Source: Patescibacteria group bacterium UBA924 (GTDB taxonomy: Bacteria; Patescibacteriota; Microgenomatia; UBA1400; PJMF01). From it: 64,000 nt of DNA. Each line of letters opens with the position of its first letter. The first letter of the stretch is position 1. The position numbers and the translations under genes are program-made. The notes under the pieces are model-generated. The model saw only the letters and a program-made list of their open reading frames with translations. It was not told where the DNA came from and did no database searches. Positions 18,764 to 28,900 of this stretch are shown here, piece after piece. The stretch is from contig DBDU01000023.1 in assembly GCA_002293725.1 (NCBI GenBank), positions 2,700 through 66,699 on the forward strand, read 5' to 3'.

Positions 18764-19201
18764 ATGTTTCACCCAGCCCATAAAAAATCCTTAGGTTTCA
18801 CTCTGATTGAGTTAATGGTTGTTGTGTCGATCATTGGTGTTTTAATGGCTGCTGGCATCTTGGCATTTAGTAATGCCCAGCAAAATGCTCGTGATGCAAA
18901 ACGTCGTGCTGACGTTGATGCAATTGGTAAAGCTCTGGAACAGTACTACTCCGATAGTTCTCAATACCCCACTACAGCGACTGATATTGACAGCTACTTC
19001 CCTGCGGGAGATACGCCTGTTGATCCACAAGGAGCTGCGTACGATATCAAACTCTCATCGGGTGGAGATGCGTACTGTGTCTGTGCTGAGTTAGAGAAAG
19101 TTGATCGTGGAAATGCTACCGCAGTCGGTAACGTTTCAGGTGTATGTTCTTACGGAACTGGGAGTGGTGCAGACTTCTTCTGTACCTCCCAAAGACAGTA
19201 G
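18764..19201 (+). CDS. Type IVa major pilin (copy 2, tandem paralog).
   Basis: Leader ...KKSLG|FTLIELMVVVSIIG. About 90% nucleotide identity to copy 1 over the N-terminal roughly 150 nt. Same C-terminal Cys pattern. Confidence 0.85.
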   Translation: MFHPAHKKSLGFTLIELMVVVSIIGVLMAAGILAFSNAQQNARDAKRRADVDAIGKALEQYYSDSSQYPTTATDIDSYFPAGDTPVDPQGAAYDIKLSSGGDAYCVCAELEKVDRGNATAVGNVSGVCSYGTGSGADFFCTSQRQ

Positions 19202-19204
19202 TCT

Positions 19205-19588
19205 ATGAGACAAGATACTCGATCGCGTTTCGGCTTCACAATGATTGAAATTTTGGTCGTGGTGGCGATTATCGCGTTGTTAACAACAATCGGAATCATC
19301 AGTTATACGGCTACTAATCGCCGAGCCCGGGACGGTAAGCGTCGTGCTGATTTAGAGCAGATTCGCTCTGCGTTAGTTCTCTATCGGACAGACAATGGTG
19401 AGTACCCAGAATCACTTGACTGGGACACGATGGCACCTATCTCAACCTACATTAGTGGAACAGCGATTCGTGATCCGCTTGATAGCCCTTATCCGCCATA
19501 CGACTACACCTCTGATAGCAGTACTTTCACCGTTTGTGCTACGCTAGAGTCAACAACACCGTCAGTGTATTGTCTGTCTAATCCATAG
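19205..19588 (+). CDS. Minor pilin (prepilin-type N-terminal cleavage/methylation domain).
   Basis: RFG|FTMIEILVVVAIIALL with Glu at +5. 127 aa. Confidence 0.8.
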   Translation: MRQDTRSRFGFTMIEILVVVAIIALLTTIGIISYTATNRRARDGKRRADLEQIRSALVLYRTDNGEYPESLDWDTMAPISTYISGTAIRDPLDSPYPPYDYTSDSSTFTVCATLESTTPSVYCLSNP

Positions 19589-19610
19589 CCAGAACGTTAA
19601 GAAACAGCTC

Positions 19611-20111
19611 ATGCCCTTTTCACCTCTCCATCCTACGAGCCGCTCTGGTTTCACAATGATCGAGTTACTGGTCACTATCGGGATTATGATCCTGATCTTT
19701 GGGGGTGGAATCTCTGCATACCTCCGTCTTGATCGTCGTCAATCTCTAGTTAACGTCTGTAAAGAACTTGAACAGATGGCTCGCAGCGCTCAAAAAAAAG
19801 CTCGCGTGGGTGATCGACCTGAAGGTTGTGATCGTCTCAATGCTTATCGGATATCTCGAACTGCTACCGGTCCAGATGTGATTAGTCTGCAAGCTGTCTG
19901 TGACTCTGGCACGTCGACCATTCAAACCTATGAAGTTCCGACTATTTTTACGGTTCAAACGATTACGACGATGAACTTCCGTGTGCTCCATGGTGGTTTA
20001 GAAGAAGAAGTTGGTGAGATCGAAGTTACCGCCTCAGCTCCTAACTATCGTTGTGACTTTACCGTAGACAATGGTGGCTCAATTAGTAGTACAACGATTT
20101 CCCAATACTAA
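19611..20111 (+). CDS. Minor pilin.
   Basis: RSG|FTMIELLVTIGIMIL prepilin signal. 166 aa. Confidence 0.75.
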   Translation: MPFSPLHPTSRSGFTMIELLVTIGIMILIFGGGISAYLRLDRRQSLVNVCKELEQMARSAQKKARVGDRPEGCDRLNAYRISRTATGPDVISLQAVCDSGTSTIQTYEVPTIFTVQTITTMNFRVLHGGLEEEVGEIEVTASAPNYRCDFTVDNGGSISSTTISQY

Positions 20112-20114
20112 GCT

Positions 20115-20633
20115 ATGCCCTCTTCTCTTCTCCGCACTGCTCAATATAAAAAACGCAAGCGCCTGGGGCAGACGATTGTGGAAGTCATTATTGCTACCGG
20201 CGTCGTTGGGCTGGTGATGACCGCGGTCGTAGCTGTAGTCACTGTCTCAGTTCGGAATGCTTCCAGAGCGAAGGCAAAAGCCTTAGGGACAAAGTACACT
20301 CAAGAAGGAATCGAGTACTTTCGTGCTCAGAAAAACTTAATGGGTTGGGAGTCTTTTGTAGGCGCAATTCAGGAAGGTGGCTCAACTCCTACCTACTGTT
20401 TAGCTACTCTCCCCTACACCCAAAATGGTGGCTTGGAAAACCTTCCTAATCGGCCGTGTCAGGCCAGTGAGTTTGTTGATAGTAATGATCTTTATCAACG
20501 GTCTGCCAACGTTACGTTAGGCGTTTTAGGTGGCCAAGATGCGGTGACGGTAACGGTGACAACTACTTGGGAAGACGGTGATCGGATGACAGAGTCTACC
20601 GCAACAGTCGAGTTTCAACAGTCTCAACCTTAG
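20115..20633 (+). CDS. Minor pilin or pseudopilin-like protein.
   Basis: KRLG|QTIVEVIIATGVVGLV prepilin-like N-terminus with Glu at +5. 172 aa. Confidence 0.6.
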   Translation: MPSSLLRTAQYKKRKRLGQTIVEVIIATGVVGLVMTAVVAVVTVSVRNASRAKAKALGTKYTQEGIEYFRAQKNLMGWESFVGAIQEGGSTPTYCLATLPYTQNGGLENLPNRPCQASEFVDSNDLYQRSANVTLGVLGGQDAVTVTVTTTWEDGDRMTESTATVEFQQSQP

Positions 20634-20647
20634 TTTCTCTGTAAATC

Positions 20648-21196
20648 TTAGTAACTTCTGACATTCACCGTGGTGGTGAAGTTTTCTGAGCCTTGGTCTT
20701 GGAAGAACTGACCACTGCTGGTGGCATAGCTGAGCGTAAACCCAATTTGAATATAGGTTCCGGTATTCACTGCAGCTTGTTGGCAGTTAAAGCTGAGGTT
20801 TGTGGCTATTGTCGGTCCACCAGTTAAGTAGCGGGTAATGCCGGTTTGGACCGATTCTGAGGCAATCTGGCCATTGGAAAGGTACAGACGAGTCACATTA
20901 TTATCAACTGACCGGAAAACAATTTGGTTCATCCCTGGAGTGCAGGTTGACTCGCCAGGGTTGAGGGGCTCCAACTGAACGGCATTTCGCAACAGAAACT
21001 CAATCTGACTTAAAGCATAGTCGCCATTATCTTTTAACTCTGAGACGAAGTTCTTTTTGCTATCACTGCGTAAAGTAGTAAAGAATAAGCCTGAAGCAGC
21101 TGCCACGAGCATCACGCTTAATCCGATAGCCACCAAAAGCTCAATCAGTGTGAAGCCACGTCTTCCAACAGGAGTCTTTAATTGGTTTCTTGCCAT
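20648..21196 (-). CDS. PilW/GspJ-like minor pilin.
   Basis: GRRG|FTLIELLVAIGLSVML prepilin signal. PulJ/PilW-like body. Its start overlaps the stop of the upstream adhesin gene by 19 nt. Confidence 0.75.
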   Translation of the reverse strand: MARNQLKTPVGRRGFTLIELLVAIGLSVMLVAAASGLFFTTLRSDSKKNFVSELKDNGDYALSQIEFLLRNAVQLEPLNPGESTCTPGMNQIVFRSVDNNVTRLYLSNGQIASESVQTGITRYLTGGPTIATNLSFNCQQAAVNTGTYIQIGFTLSYATSSGQFFQDQGSENFTTTVNVRSY

Positions 21197-23904
21197 GAGT
21201 AGATTGGCCGAGTCATCCGCTCTGGAACATTCTTGACGAAGTCTGGTCTGAAGATGAACAGCTCGGTCGGATAGTTATCATTGGTGAATGGATCGTCATA
21301 CTCTCTACCCAGGGTCACACTGGTCCAGCCGACGAAGGTACCTGAACCGACGAACTTCAGATCTCCACCACCTAGGCCTCCTTCGATGATAATGCGATCG
21401 GCAATATAGACACCGGAGACATTTGGAGTCATATCGGTAGCAATAGAGTTTCCAACTGTGTTCTCTACCGTCACGTTTCCGCTGACGATGAAGGCGAGGA
21501 AGCCACCTTCATCAACAGTGATGGTGTTCTCGATATTCAAGTTACCATTCACAAAGATGACTAAGCTCTCACCGCTGGCGACGGTCCACGGAGTATTGAT
21601 CGTGATGTTCCCAGCACCGTAGTAGGAACGACCGTTGGTTGGAGCCGTGGTTGGTTTAATGCCATTGAAGTCTGAAGCCGGTGAAGAACCCATACTGTAC
21701 AAGTTGTAGAAGTATTGGTAGTTCTCACGAGGACCGTTGTAGACAGAGCCAATCACGTGTCCCTGATTCACTTCTTCACGAAGTCGACTGTAACGTGCGA
21801 CTGGATCTGGGTCAGTATCAATGTCACCACCACCAGTAATGGCGATACCACTACTCTCACTCGCATCTAGAGAGTTGCGGTAAGAGAAGTTTGGCAGACA
21901 GCTTGGTCCCACACAGGTGTCAGGAATTAAGGAGACTAGTGCATTTCCAGTGGTGGTACCGGCGTAGACGAGACCATTCTGGGTCTGCCACCATGGTTGA
22001 GCCACGTTAGCGATGAAGAAGTTAATTCCTGATTCTGGGATGTTCTGACCTGAGTAGGTACAGCCAAATGGACAGGTACATCTCCAAGTTGAAGCATCTG
22101 GGTTAAGCTGGACGCCAATGTTGTTGTAGTTCAAGACGTTATTAATGACGTAACTGTCACCGGTAATATTCCCGCCTGCTGAACCACCACTCTGCCAAGT
22201 AGCGCCTACCGTTGAACCTACACCTGGATTTTGACCAGTTGGACTACCACTTATCTCACAGAGGCCAGTAGCCAGGTTGAGTGCAGCATTGAAGTCTTGA
22301 TCAAGGTAGATATTGCCGCTGATAGGACCAACTAAGGTAAACGTACCGTTTGTCCAGGCCGCAACACCATCACTGTAGTATGGAGTGAGCTCATTCCAGC
22401 CTACCCAACTGGTACTACTCGTCGTCACAATACGGATGTAACGGACGTTCGCTACTGGAGATGAGAAGGTCACATTCAGGACATCACCAGTCGTAATAAA
22501 TTGGGTGATCGAGTCAACTAATGTCGTTGGATTAGGTGAGCTGCCAGCGTAAATTTGATAGGTGGCATTCCCATTCGGAGAGTGGTTAGTTGCCATCCGA
22601 ATGCCAGAAATGGTACGTGTTCCTTTTAGGTCCAACTCAATCCAGTGTGTGGGGAAGCCGCCGGCGTTCCAGGCCGTTGCATCGCTGCCGTTAACAGCAT
22701 TGGCTGCGACCATGTTGTAAGGAGCGCCCTCTGAGGTGAGCCACTCATCACTGGCTGTTGCCGTTAAGTACGTTACAGCATTACAGGTAGTGTTGTTAGG
22801 GCGAACTCTCCAACTGTAGTTTGGAACACCTTGAGGAGCGGTGAAGGTATACGAAGTCGTAGTTAAACCCGTAGCACAGAACGTGTTTGCCGCCGTACAT
22901 TCCTGACCTGGGGTTGTTCCAGTTGGATACACTTGAATGTCATACTCATCAGCTCTGGCAGAAGAGCTCCAGTTCAAAGTGATAGAACGATTCGAAGGAA
23001 GTTGCAGGTTGCCACTTTGAGGATTTAAGGTAATCACACCTGGAGTTCCTAGTTCAGTATTCGAGCAAGTACCACAGGCAGTGGCTTGACCACAAGCGAC
23101 TCCACAAGCACAACCTAAAGTACAGGTGTCACAGGCTTCGTACTCTACTCCGCCAGATACACAACTATTGGTACGACTTCGGGAACCAGCTCCACATGAG
23201 GCGGAACAGGCGCTCCATGCACCGACGCTACAAGGACACTCTTGAGTATTACAGCTTTCGGTTTGAGTGTTGCCACAGTTGTCAGTACGGCTGCGGGTAC
23301 CACCACCACAAGCTGCAGAACAATTGCTCCAACCGCCCCAGTTACACACAACAGGTGATGGAGGAGGTTGGCCAGGGCTTGGTGTAGGAACTGGACAGGC
23401 CTGGGTATTACAGGTTTCGGTCTGAACATTGCCGTTACAGCTGTTTACGCGACTACGGGTACCACCACCACAAGCGACCGAACAAGCTCCCCAGTTACCC
23501 CAACCACAAGTGCCGCCACCCCCACAAGTTGGCCAGTAGGTATCAGTACAGGTGGTTGTACAACCCTGGTTTTGGATATTACATTGGCAGACACCTCCAC
23601 CACAAGAAGCACCAATGTTACCCCCATTTGAACCCCACGTTCCGCTGGAGTTTCCAGTACAGAGGCGATTGTAGTCTCCGTCACTGCAACCACAATTTCT
23701 ATATTGGGTATTATTCCCCTCACAAATAGTATTACCGATATAACAAGGTATTCCACCATTGCAGGTTGTCCCACCTGGATCACAGTATGCAGGGTAGTTA
23801 CAGGCAGCTTGAGCACTTTCAAAACGAGCTACAGTAAGAAAGCTTAAGACGGTGAGAATGGCACACAGAATAAGCGTTCGTCTGTTCATGTTATTGACAT
23901 CCAA
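21178..23904 (-). CDS. Large secreted Cys-rich adhesin-like protein: signal peptide, three thrombospondin type-1 (TSP1)-like repeats, an FN3-like segment, an F5/8-type-C (discoidin)-like domain and a C-terminal parallel beta-helix-like region. Putative pilus-associated tip adhesin.
   Basis: Signal peptide MNRRTLILCAILTVLSFLTVARFESAQA. Three repeats: WGNWGACSVACGGGTRSRVNSC, CNWGGWSNCSAACGGGTRSRTDNC and VGAWSACSASCGAGSRSRTNSC (aa about 133-256). WNAGGFPTHWIELDLKG...IRM is discoidin-like. The C-terminus has a repetitive (I/V)xVxN pattern. Translationally coupled to the PilW-like gene. Confidence 0.8.
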   Translation of the reverse strand: MDVNNMNRRTLILCAILTVLSFLTVARFESAQAACNYPAYCDPGGTTCNGGIPCYIGNTICEGNNTQYRNCGCSDGDYNRLCTGNSSGTWGSNGGNIGASCGGGVCQCNIQNQGCTTTCTDTYWPTCGGGGTCGWGNWGACSVACGGGTRSRVNSCNGNVQTETCNTQACPVPTPSPGQPPPSPVVCNWGGWSNCSAACGGGTRSRTDNCGNTQTESCNTQECPCSVGAWSACSASCGAGSRSRTNSCVSGGVEYEACDTCTLGCACGVACGQATACGTCSNTELGTPGVITLNPQSGNLQLPSNRSITLNWSSSARADEYDIQVYPTGTTPGQECTAANTFCATGLTTTSYTFTAPQGVPNYSWRVRPNNTTCNAVTYLTATASDEWLTSEGAPYNMVAANAVNGSDATAWNAGGFPTHWIELDLKGTRTISGIRMATNHSPNGNATYQIYAGSSPNPTTLVDSITQFITTGDVLNVTFSSPVANVRYIRIVTTSSTSWVGWNELTPYYSDGVAAWTNGTFTLVGPISGNIYLDQDFNAALNLATGLCEISGSPTGQNPGVGSTVGATWQSGGSAGGNITGDSYVINNVLNYNNIGVQLNPDASTWRCTCPFGCTYSGQNIPESGINFFIANVAQPWWQTQNGLVYAGTTTGNALVSLIPDTCVGPSCLPNFSYRNSLDASESSGIAITGGGDIDTDPDPVARYSRLREEVNQGHVIGSVYNGPRENYQYFYNLYSMGSSPASDFNGIKPTTAPTNGRSYYGAGNITINTPWTVASGESLVIFVNGNLNIENTITVDEGGFLAFIVSGNVTVENTVGNSIATDMTPNVSGVYIADRIIIEGGLGGGDLKFVGSGTFVGWTSVTLGREYDDPFTNDNYPTELFIFRPDFVKNVPERMTRPIYSWQETN

Positions 23905-24460
23905 TAATAGCTATTTGAAACACCGTGTTAGTTTCAGAACTATCATAATTCTTATTTAACGCCAATATAACGGGAGTTCCACTTTGAAGAGCGACCTCGG
24001 CCTCATCTTTAGTGAGTATTTGCTGGCCCTCTGCAAATAATTTATTGTTATCTGTAAGTAAAAAAAGAGTTTGTTCATAAGGGGTTGTTGTTCCATCCGC
24101 TGCAACAAAATCTTGCCCCCAACATAAATACTCTGTCGTAGGTGTTACTTTAAAAGAAAGAGTTAATTGAGGATAATTTTCAGGCCAATTAACTAGAGTA
24201 GTTAAAGAGAAAACATCAGTTTCAAATTGGAGATTGTTTATATACCCTCTGACTAACCTATTTAACGCTGCTGAGTCTGGATATTGAGTATCCAGCCCAT
24301 TTCCTGCAAATTGAGCCAACATAGGACCTGTATCATTTTCGGTGCTTCTCAATTCTTGTTTCTGAACATTGAGTCTAAAAAGAAAATATACAGTAATCAC
24401 AACAACAAGCAAAATCAAGCCAATAACAAGTGCAACTGAAGATCGTCGTTTCATTTCCAT
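23891..24460 (-). CDS. Small membrane-anchored protein, first gene of the adhesin operon.
   Basis: 189 aa. N-terminal TM segment (VALVIGLILLVVVITVYFLF). Its stop overlaps the adhesin start by 14 nt. Confidence 0.5.
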   Translation of the reverse strand: MEMKRRSSVALVIGLILLVVVITVYFLFRLNVQKQELRSTENDTGPMLAQFAGNGLDTQYPDSAALNRLVRGYINNLQFETDVFSLTTLVNWPENYPQLTLSFKVTPTTEYLCWGQDFVAADGTTTPYEQTLFLLTDNNKLFAEGQQILTKDEAEVALQSGTPVILALNKNYDSSETNTVFQIAIIGCQ

Positions 24461-24569
24461 GTAAGAATAGCAAACTTTTTAGCCTAACTACAAGTAGGCA
24501 AAAGATGAGGATGAACAAACAAAAACGCTTCTTATTAGAAGCGTTTTTGTTTATAAGTAAATTTAATGA

Positions 24570-25766
24570 TTACCTTGGAACAACTACTTCGATGTCATAA
24601 AGATAAGAACGTTGACCAGCCACACCATTTTTGGCATCCTCAAGGATCTCATTCACTGTTCTTACTTGTCCATCAAGACTTGCATTTTGTGTCATAAACT
24701 CAGGCCAAAAGTCTTCCACATTGTTGGCAAATGAAAAAGCGATCATTGTTCCTTGGCGAATTTCAACTGTTCCACCGTCAGCAGTTGCAAAAGATACCGT
24801 TCGATTTGCTCGATCAAAAACAAAGGAATTGTTCGGATTTGACCCTAGTGCAAACCCGTTATTTTCTATTGCAGGGGCTACTGGGACTACAGAGCCGTTT
24901 TCAGCAATTGTTGCCATTTCATTTCCATCATTAGTCATTGAAGTTTGGAAAGTGAAATATCGGGGTGGGTTAGAACTGGTACCTGGGATAACTACCCCAT
25001 TTTCATCTAGTTCTTGCATAGGTACTGTGATACTAAATATAGGATTACCTTCAGTTGATGTCACAGATTCTATGATAGTAACTACGCCTACCATAAAGTC
25101 TTGATCAATAGGAGCTCCATTAATTGTAAGTTCAGGATTATTCCAAACATCGAAATCCATACCACGAGGGCGATCTCTATAAATGCCTGGTGTAAGTGGA
25201 ACATTATTCACAGTCATTAAAGGTTCAATCCTGGTCCAATCAAATTCAAAATTAACTTGATTCCCAAAGCGGGTAGTAAACTCTACCCTTCGAGGAAATG
25301 CAGCTAAGTTATTGGATAAGTACATTGCTTCAGCAGGGATATTAGCTGCCGCAATCAACGTCTCTCCAGGGGTAGGTGTTTCTCCAGGTTGAAGTGTTGG
25401 AGTAGCGGTAGGCTCTGATGTCGGTGTAGCCGGTGGAGCTTCAGTCTCAGTTGGAACTTGGGCGATTAACGTTCTGCCAGGCTCTGGGTTATTTGCCTGC
25501 GCAGTCGCGGTAGCATCAGCGTCTGCTTGAGCTTGCATCTGACGAATCCAATTATCTACATTAGGATTAGGAGTAGGTGTTGGCTCACTATCTTGAGCGG
25601 CAACTTCGCTAGTTAAAACTCCCATCAGTAATAAGCTCGTTGGGAGCATGAGTTTTGTCGCTACCTTGGTAGCTCGCTCTTTGTCAAAACCAGCACCAGT
25701 AACTGTACTTTCTTCAGGTTTTTTTAACTGGGCGCCATATTGTTGATTTTTCTCGTACTCGTGCAT
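24570..25766 (-). CDS. Secreted or membrane-anchored protein with a Pro/Thr-rich linker and a beta-rich C-terminal domain.
   Basis: 398 aa. Hydrophobic segment LMLPTSLLLMGVLTSEVAAQ and a TPTP/PTATP linker. No family recognised. Confidence 0.5.
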   Translation of the reverse strand: MHEYEKNQQYGAQLKKPEESTVTGAGFDKERATKVATKLMLPTSLLLMGVLTSEVAAQDSEPTPTPNPNVDNWIRQMQAQADADATATAQANNPEPGRTLIAQVPTETEAPPATPTSEPTATPTLQPGETPTPGETLIAAANIPAEAMYLSNNLAAFPRRVEFTTRFGNQVNFEFDWTRIEPLMTVNNVPLTPGIYRDRPRGMDFDVWNNPELTINGAPIDQDFMVGVVTIIESVTSTEGNPIFSITVPMQELDENGVVIPGTSSNPPRYFTFQTSMTNDGNEMATIAENGSVVPVAPAIENNGFALGSNPNNSFVFDRANRTVSFATADGGTVEIRQGTMIAFSFANNVEDFWPEFMTQNASLDGQVRTVNEILEDAKNGVAGQRSYLYDIEVVVPR

Positions 25767-25913
25767 ATACTCCTACTTTCCTGTTAGAGTTGTAGTTGTA
25801 CCAATCACTTTAAATCCTATTATAGGATAATATTATACCTCCTCCGACGCCTTGATCAATATATAATGGGTGTGTATCTTTGTACTCTCTTGTTATAGGG
25901 TATAGTTATAGAC

Positions 25914-28900
25914 ATGGTGCAACAGCTTGAATCCTCGCCAGTCCGCCCCTTGGAACGGGTTGTCCCCTCTTCTCAAGAAAAAGAGTCGTCGCAGCTAGAT
26001 ATCGAGATTGAACAGTGCCAAGAACAGTTTGTGCAAAGTGTGGAGTGGTACCAGCAGGTTCTGGCCGGAAAAAAGCTCCAAGAGACGGTCCCGCAGTTGA
26101 CCAGTGATTTACTCAAGAATGAAGCTGGAAATCCTCCCTTAGAAGTAGCTACAGAGTTTTTTGCTTTAGTCAGCACTGTCGAAAGTATTTACACCGGACG
26201 CCACCGACCCAACTGGGAACAAGCTGAAGCGGCGCTGCACATTATCTTTCCCTACTCTCCAACCGAAGTTCAACGCATCTTAATGGCTCCTGGTGAAGGG
26301 AAAACTTTTACCATTGCCTTAGCGGCACTCTGGAAAGCTCGTCATGGAGAGATGGTGACGATCCATACCGATAAAAAAGCAAATGTGGAACAGAGCTATC
26401 AGACCACACGTCATTTATACGACCTCTTTGAAGTCACCAGCGATACGGTTCGTACCACGGAAGACTTGGGCCCTGAGTACGTTGCTTACCTCAACTCTGA
26501 GCTCACCCAAGTACGTTACGGCGTTTGGAGTCAGTTTATTCATGAGTACTTGTTGCGGCAAGAAACGATCTTCCAAGGTGAAGCCGCGTTGCGAGGAGAT
26601 TTACGAGCACAGCGTGAAGGAAAAGTTCGAGTTGGCAATCGTCAGTTGCTAGATCAACAGCTCGCCCACCAAAGAAAGTACCTCAAACCAGATGCCGTGA
26701 TTAGTGATGAAGGAGATGTCTCTGTTGATCTGGAAACAAGTCCGGTGATTTTATCGGAACCAAATGGCGAGGGCTTTACTCCAGTTGAGCAAGCTGAGCT
26801 CGAGTTGGCTTGGCAGATGTTTGAGCACCAAGATCCTGCTGCTCTGCAGCGAATGGCTGAAGCCACTGGTTTTGATCTAGCAGATGTACGAGCAGGATAT
26901 GAAGTTACTCTTGAAGTCACGGTTGAAGGTATGGAAGCCGATCAAGTAACGTATGCGGTGAACAAAAATAGAGTTATCTTTGCTCCCGAAAAGATCTTTT
27001 TCGCCTCTGTCTTCGAGATGAGTGCGACGCCTAAAGACGTGGCGACCCTGTTTAGATTAGTACAGCTTCAATATCAGGAAGGCAGTCGTTCGGCTTTACC
27101 ATTTCCGGCCGAATCAATGCAAAAAATCGTAGAGCTTGCTTTAGCTGCGGGAGAAGGGTTGGATGCACGTTTCGATTGGCAAGAAGTAGCTGAAGTGCTT
27201 CCCCCACTCCAGCGGCAGGACCTTCGTCACTTTTTCCGTCTTTCTCACCCTCTTTTTGACTACCGCCGAACGTTAATGGAACACCCGCGTATTCAAGCTT
27301 TGATTAGCACTGATGGTGAGCTATCTCCAGCCAATTGGCAGATGTTAGAGGCTGAGTTGGGTGACTCATTTGAAATGTTAAAACAACGCGTTACTTTCTC
27401 GCGGCTGATGGATGTAGTTCAAGAAGTGTGTGATCCCATTTTTACTCGCCATAACCACGATGTGATGGAAGTGCGCGATATGTTGAAAGAAGGGAATGAC
27501 TATAAACTGACCGAGCAAGATGGTGAGTCAACAGTTGTGGTTTTGGGACAAGACCGACAGCCCCAAGTCGGGAGACAGTTTCAGGGAAATACCCAAGCGT
27601 TCATTCACTTGAAACACGGCTTATCTCTGCCGGCAACGGAAAAAACAGTTGGGCAGATCATGCCAATTACTTGGTACCACCAGCGAGTGCGAAACGGAAC
27701 CGAGGTAACATCAATTAGCGGAACACAAGAAGATCCAGACTTTGTCGTAGAAACTACCGGCACATCCAAAGTACGAGAGCTGCAAACGCGAGTGTTGGAA
27801 AATCAGGCCCAAAAGCTCCGTGCGATTATGGAGTATGTCAAAGGGCGGGCTGACGTTCCTATTTTATTGTGTGCGCAGGATCGAACAGAGTGGGAAGAAC
27901 TTAAGAATGGGCTAGCAGAGCTCTCAAACCGCGAGTTGATCTTACTTGATGCTGATCATGCTGAAGACTCATATACCTTAGTTCCCCAACTAGCTCGCGG
28001 CAAGATCCTGCTTTTACAGATGACTTCTCGGGGCTTGGACTTTGGCCACATGATCGGTGAGGGTGAGCACTCTTTCCAAGATGGAGTGATTGTAGGAGCT
28101 GCTCCCCTTTTGGATGTCCACCAGTCCGCTCAGATGAAAGGCCGCCTGGGAAATAAACGTCCCAGCGGTGAGGTGGTGATCTTCACTTCACTTGATGACG
28201 AAGTGGCACAGCAGTACTACAACATTGCCAGTGGTTTGAGTGAGAAGCGTCATAAACAGATGGAAAATCTGGAACTGGACTATGACGAAGTGCTTTCGCT
28301 GGATCGTTACAAATTGATGGGTTTGGGTTGGCCAGAAACATTTGCTGAGGCTATGACTCAGTTAGATAGCTGGCAGGAAGCTGCAGCTCGGGCAGCTGAG
28401 GATGGTGAACAGCTGTCAATGCCAACGTGGATGCAGGTTCTAGTCAACGATCCCGGCATCTCTGCTGAGATGAGGCCGACGGCTAACGCCTTACGTTTTC
28501 GCTTTCGCAGCTTATTGAAAAAGTATCAGGCTCTCCGAGAGGGACACGCCTATGTGATTGAGCGCCAACAACACAATAACTTGGTCCAAACTTACCTCGA
28601 TCGACGTGAACAAATGAGTACGGATGTGGTAGTGCAAGCGCTGTGGAAGGCGATCATGACTCCTACCACCGAGACAAAGTTAGGAAAAGCGGTTCTTCCC
28701 CTGACGTACGAAGAACGCAAGGGAATTGTGGAAGCCATTTTTGAAGATGCCAATATCCTCTACTCGCTGTCTGTAACTAAAGTCAAAGCAGATCAACAGG
28801 AATCACCTCAACATCGGGAGATGAGAAGGATGGCCCAGTTCATGCAAGACATGGAAGAGCGAATCTTGGACTGGATTGAGATGGCAGACTTAGAACGACA

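Noticed and set aside
25767-25913. Specific sigma-70 promoter hexamers in the divergent AT-rich region upstream of the SecA-like gene.
   Set aside because: A TATAAT is present (ATATATAATGG) but has no acceptable -35 at 16-18 nt spacing. I cannot call a promoter reliably from sequence alone.
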